Source: an uncultured Acidimicrobiaceae bacterium (GTDB taxonomy: Bacteria > Actinomycetota > Acidimicrobiia > Acidimicrobiales > RAAP-2). From it: a stretch of DNA of 64,000 bases. The stretch covers positions 1,203,666 to 1,267,665 of the forward strand of contig CAVYGS010000005.1 in assembly GCA_963768185.1 (NCBI GenBank). Reading direction: 5' to 3'. Numbering within the stretch: the first letter of the stretch is position 1; each line of letters starts with the position of its first letter. A model generated the notes under the pieces. The model did not search any database and was not told where the DNA came from. It saw only the letters and a program-made list of their open reading frames with translations. Positions 60,867 to 64,000 of this stretch are shown here, piece by piece. A program made the translations under genes and the position numbers.

Positions 60867-62149
60867 GATCTCCTCTCGGCCGCAGCGGGCCGCACCTCGT
60901 CCTCCAGGAACTCGATCAGCATGGCGCGGAACGATCCGGGGTCCCATGTCCGGCCGTCCACGGTGGTGGCATCCATCGACAGCACCGGGATCCCCGCCTC
61001 GCGCAGCAGCCGCGCGCTGAAGTAGTCGTCCTCGCCGAAGCTCACGACCCCGTCGATACGGTGCCGGAGGGCCTCGTTCAGATGCCAGGGCGCCGACCAG
61101 CTGGGCATCCTGATCTCCTCGCCCATCGGCACGAACCGGGAGGCGAGCGCCCGCATCGGATCCGCGCCCTCGAGCCGCCGGTAGTAGGCGTCGGCGGCGA
61201 GCGCCAGGTACATCGACCACACGAACACGGCGCCGTAGTCCTCCTCGAACTCGCGATAGAGGCCGAGGCTCGACCACAGCCCTCGGCCCAGCCACATGAG
61301 ACGTAGGCGCTCGTCAGCGCACACCGCGACGCCGGCATCCCGGCGCGCCTCGAGCTCCTGGTACAGCGACCGGGCGGCGTCACGGCCCCAGGGGCTGCCC
61401 CGGTGCCACTGCGGAATCATGGTGGCGGTCATCGTCTCGGCCGCGCTCACCGGTGCCGGCACCGCGTCGGCGACCAGGTCCCGGCTCCGACGGTTCCACG
61501 TGGCGTGCTCGTTGGCCAGCGCCATCACCTCGGCGAAGCGGTCCATCGAGAAGCGGCGGCTCGTCATGGCCTCGAGGCGGGTGACGAGCGCTCGGAGCTG
61601 GTCGGTCATGAGATCGATCCGTTCGACCGGCAGGTGGCGGTCCCAGTGCTCGGGCAGCTCCTCCCACCACCGCCTCGACGGGTCGAGTCGGATGTCGATG
61701 GCGTGGTCGACCGGGAGGAAGTCGGCACCCGCCGCTGCCGCCCAGGCCTCGAACAGCTTCCGGGTGCCATCGCCGGTGATCGGCGCCTGGAAGATCGTGG
61801 GCGTCGGAAGCCCGCCCCAGGGAGGCTCGGGATCTGCCGCGAGCAGCTCCCCGAATCCGAGCGCGTTGTACTGGTCGCGGTCGTCAGGGAAGCCGGCCGC
61901 CCGCAACGCGTCGAGCGCCGCGGGGGCCCGCTGGCGCGAGGCGAGCAACGACGTCCACCATTGGACGACCACATAGGGGATGTCGAGCGCCCGGTAGATC
62001 TCGTGCGGGGCATCCGCGCTGAGCACAGCGAAAGGCTCTCCGCCCGCGACGCGCTGGCGCGCCTCGGACAACCAGGCGCGCTGGTGGTCGAGGATCTCGC
62101 CGGTCACCTCGAGCTCGTGGCGTCTCGGCAGGTGGGCAGGCTCAGTCAT
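60863..62149 (-). CDS. 2-hydroxyacyl-CoA dehydratase / benzoyl-CoA reductase BcrC-BadD-HgdB-family protein, Cys-poor (beta-like)
   Basis: Last 428 codons of ORF 60863..62449, from ATG 62149. Sequence: GGEPFAVLSADAPHEIYRALDIPYVVVQWW..LRLMWLGRGLWSSLGLYREFEEDYGAVFVW..VVSFGEDDYFSARLL. It has only one Cys (VAVCADE). The family assignment is by eye. Confidence 0.6.
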   Translation of the reverse strand: MTEPAHLPRRHELEVTGEILDHQRAWLSEARQRVAGGEPFAVLSADAPHEIYRALDIPYVVVQWWTSLLASRQRAPAALDALRAAGFPDDRDQYNALGFGELLAADPEPPWGGLPTPTIFQAPITGDGTRKLFEAWAAAAGADFLPVDHAIDIRLDPSRRWWEELPEHWDRHLPVERIDLMTDQLRALVTRLEAMTSRRFSMDRFAEVMALANEHATWNRRSRDLVADAVPAPVSAAETMTATMIPQWHRGSPWGRDAARSLYQELEARRDAGVAVCADERLRLMWLGRGLWSSLGLYREFEEDYGAVFVWSMYLALAADAYYRRLEGADPMRALASRFVPMGEEIRMPSWSAPWHLNEALRHRIDGVVSFGEDDYFSARLLREAGIPVLSMDATTVDGRTWDPGSFRAMLIEFLEDEVRPAAAERRS

Positions 62150-63272
62150 CGGCGGTGGCCAGGGCCTGCGCCAAACCCGACACGATGCGGGACGCCGAGG
62201 TCTCGTCACCTCGGGGCCACGGCACCCGGACTGAGAGGAACGGCACCTCGAGCCGGGCTGCGATCCCCGGGGCCTCCCACTCGGCCGACGCATCGTGGTC
62301 GAAGACCAGCTGGACGACGGCCAGGGCCCCGGACTGGCGGACGGCCCCGGCCACCGCGTCGCGTCGCTCGGCCAGCCCGGTCCGGGCCGCCGGCGGCGAC
62401 CCCGCCGTGTAGCTCTCGATGAGCCCGTCGAGGGGGTCGGGGGTCTCATCGACGGGGTACCACGCGCGCGCGCCCCAGTCGTGGTCCTCTCCGACGATCA
62501 GGAACCCGGCATCCTCGACGGCCCGGTAGAGCGCCGGGTCGTCCATCGGCGAGCCGGTCACGAACACCGGCACCCCCGAGCTCTCGGGTCCTCCATCGGC
62601 CAGGACGTCGTCGATGAGCGCGTGGGCCTCCTCGTCGACCAGCGCCATCACCGCGCCCGAGAGCACCAGCGCATCGGTTCCTGACATGCCAGCCGGGCGG
62701 GCGCGGCGCAGGTCGCCCACCTGTTCCATACGACGCGTCGTTGCGTTGGCCCGACCGATGGCGGCCCGCACTGCGTCGTCGTCCGGGCGGCTCCCCGACC
62801 ATGCGCCGAGCACGTCGCGAAACTCGGCGGCCCGGAGGCGGTTGTAACGCGCACACGCCGGGTCCGGGACCCGGAGGAGGTCGTAGAACCACAGCGCGAG
62901 CGGAGCCAGGTCGCCCGCGTGGAGGAGTTCGCGCAGCACATAGAAGAGCTTGGTGTGCGCCTCGGTGTCACGCCCGATGACCAACGCGTCGAGCCAGTCC
63001 AGCCCCCCGCTGGCCAGTGCGTCGAGCACGACCTGGGCGTCCGGTGCGAGTTTGAACGGCGAGGGCTCGACCGGAGTTCCGTCACTCGGGTCGAGTCGGG
63101 CCGGAGCGAGACGCACCGGCAGCATCCCGGCCGCCGACACCAGCTCGCGCGGCACGTCGTGGCCGAGGATCCCCACCACCCGGCCCCCGGTGTCGCGCCA
63201 GGCGCAGGCGATGGCCTCGGGATGCCAATAGGCGCACGTGGCGCGCTCGGCCCACTCAGCGCGTGAGAGCAA
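62142..63272 (-). CDS. 2-hydroxyacyl-CoA dehydratase-family protein, Cys-poor (alpha-like)
   Basis: ORF 62142..63272 (TTG start): GRVVGILGHDVPRELVSAAGMLPVRL..FVTGSPMDDPALYRAVEDAGFLIVGEDHDWG..QLVFDHDASAEWEAPGI. It has three Cys, none in the xxCxxVPxE position. The family assignment is by eye. Confidence 0.55.
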   Translation of the reverse strand: MLSRAEWAERATCAYWHPEAIACAWRDTGGRVVGILGHDVPRELVSAAGMLPVRLAPARLDPSDGTPVEPSPFKLAPDAQVVLDALASGGLDWLDALVIGRDTEAHTKLFYVLRELLHAGDLAPLALWFYDLLRVPDPACARYNRLRAAEFRDVLGAWSGSRPDDDAVRAAIGRANATTRRMEQVGDLRRARPAGMSGTDALVLSGAVMALVDEEAHALIDDVLADGGPESSGVPVFVTGSPMDDPALYRAVEDAGFLIVGEDHDWGARAWYPVDETPDPLDGLIESYTAGSPPAARTGLAERRDAVAGAVRQSGALAVVQLVFDHDASAEWEAPGIAARLEVPFLSVRVPWPRGDETSASRIVSGLAQALATADD

Positions 63273-64000
63273 TCCGTTCCTCGGTGTCGTGAACCAGCTG
63301 GTCGGCCTCTTCTCGCAGGAGCCACCGTTCGGCGACGAGCTCCTCGCAGCGTGCCACGAAACGCGTCATGTAGCCGGACCGGCTGGAGTATCGCTGCTCG
63401 AGCGCATGCTCACTGAAGGGCACCATGTGGCCGATGAGATCGGCTAGGAATGCGGGGTCGATGTAGGGAGCCGAGTCGGCCGGGAGGCAGGCGCCCGGTC
63501 GCGGCGTGCTGTGCGGGAGATAGGTGGCGGCGGGAACGTCGACCCAGGGCGTCCGAACCCCGCCCACCGCGTTGTCGTCGTCATCGCGCACGATCGATAC
63601 TGCCTCTGGCATCCTGCCGTGCACGCCACCAGCGCGGCGGGACAGGTACTCGAACCTGGGCGCGCGCGGCGGTGACTCCCCCGCTTGCACCCAGTTGTCC
63701 ACCGCGGCGAACACGGCGCGGGCGATGAAGTCGAGGCGCGCGGTCGAGGGCACCTCCAGGATGTCGCGTGGACGTTCCGGCCAGCCGCGCTCGACCAGCT
63801 GGGCACCGTTGGTGGCGAGAGCTTCGAAGCCGGTGGCGACGTGCGACGTGCCCGCGACCTCGTACAGGCGGTACTTGTCGAACGGTCCGTCGGTGTCGGC
63901 GCGCAGCACCGTCCGATGGGTCTCCGCCTCCCCTTCGCTCAGCAGCTCGATGACCGGCACGCCGTGCGGACCGATGGTCCGGCGCTCGTCGTCCCACGGG
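63256..64000 (-). CDS. C-terminal part of an uncharacterised (alpha/beta-hydrolase-domain-like) protein; gene starts beyond the right edge
   Basis: ORF 63256..63960 stays open upstream to position 64000 (..WDDERRTIGPHGVPVIELLSEGE..YRLYEVAGTSHV..GGVRTPWVDVPAATY..). Its stop overlaps the next gene by 17 nt. Product assignment is weak. Confidence 0.5.
   Translation of the reverse strand, partial: PWDDERRTIGPHGVPVIELLSEGEAETHRTVLRADTDGPFDKYRLYEVAGTSHVATGFEALATNGAQLVERGWPERPRDILEVPSTARLDFIARAVFAAVDNWVQAGESPPRAPRFEYLSRRAGGVHGRMPEAVSIVRDDDDNAVGGVRTPWVDVPAATYLPHSTPRPGACLPADSAPYIDPAFLADLIGHMVPFSEHALEQRYSSRSGYMTRFVARCEELVAERWLLREEADQLVHDTEERIALTR

Noticed and set aside
1-64000. A search for CRISPR arrays, rRNA genes, additional tRNAs and prophage structural genes.
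   Set aside because: No regularly spaced repeat array, no rRNA-like conserved stretches and no further cloverleaf candidates were seen by eye. A tRNAscan/Infernal/CRISPR-finder run should confirm this.

Overview
High-GC (roughly 68-70 %) actinobacterial-type chromosomal window with about 60 protein genes, one tRNA, no rRNA and no CRISPR array.

Layout, left to right:
1. A minus-strand mce lipid-import operon (yrbEA, yrbEB and at least four mce genes; it runs off the left edge). It lies divergent from an ECF sigma factor and the Mkl/MlaF-type ATPase.
2. Secreted and cell-wall proteins: an NHL-repeat protein and an IPT/TIG-NlpC/P60 hydrolase.
3. A sulfate-ester cluster: an MBL-type alkylsulfatase-like protein, DinB, SRPBCC and a Cys-type arylsulfatase. 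VOC and cupin genes follow.
4. A signalling divergon. One arm holds an FHA-adenylate cyclase and a stand-alone cNMP-binding protein. The other holds an Ig-like surface protein, a multi-pass Ser/Thr kinase and a coupled membrane protein.
5. Two SDRs (one of the mycofactocin-associated subtype), DUF929 and an orphan double-FtsX permease.
6. A mobile block at 28.5-40.9 kb. An IS481-family element, itself disrupted by an IS110-family element, is inserted with a 15-bp duplication into the distal att copy of a ~9.6-kb island integrated at tRNA-Arg(ACG). The island carries IS630, an XRE/small-protein/SNF2/SWIM gene string, a class II Fic protein and a tyrosine integrase.
7. A tightly coupled protocatechuate/4-hydroxybenzoate operon (pcaI-J-H-G-B-L-R-pobA) with a recognisable promoter and a PcaR-type operator.
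8. A 13-gene same-strand cluster: partial alpha/beta-hydrolase-like gene, two Cys-poor 2-hydroxyacyl-CoA-dehydratase-family genes, family III CoA-transferase, MarR, CapA, type-B carboxylesterase, peptide-type ABC importer, and two tandem P450s with a non-canonical I-helix.

Cross-cutting caveat: at least nine conserved genes are split by 1-nt indels, mostly an extra base in a short homopolymer. The assembly is probably indel-prone (or the strain is decaying), so pseudogene calls here need read-level confirmation.

Most interesting candidates for undescribed biology: the Cys-poor dehydratase-like/CoA-transferase module, the CapA-esterase-importer-P450 string, the island-borne XRE/DUF/SNF2/SWIM string, and the kinase/FHA-cyclase divergon.
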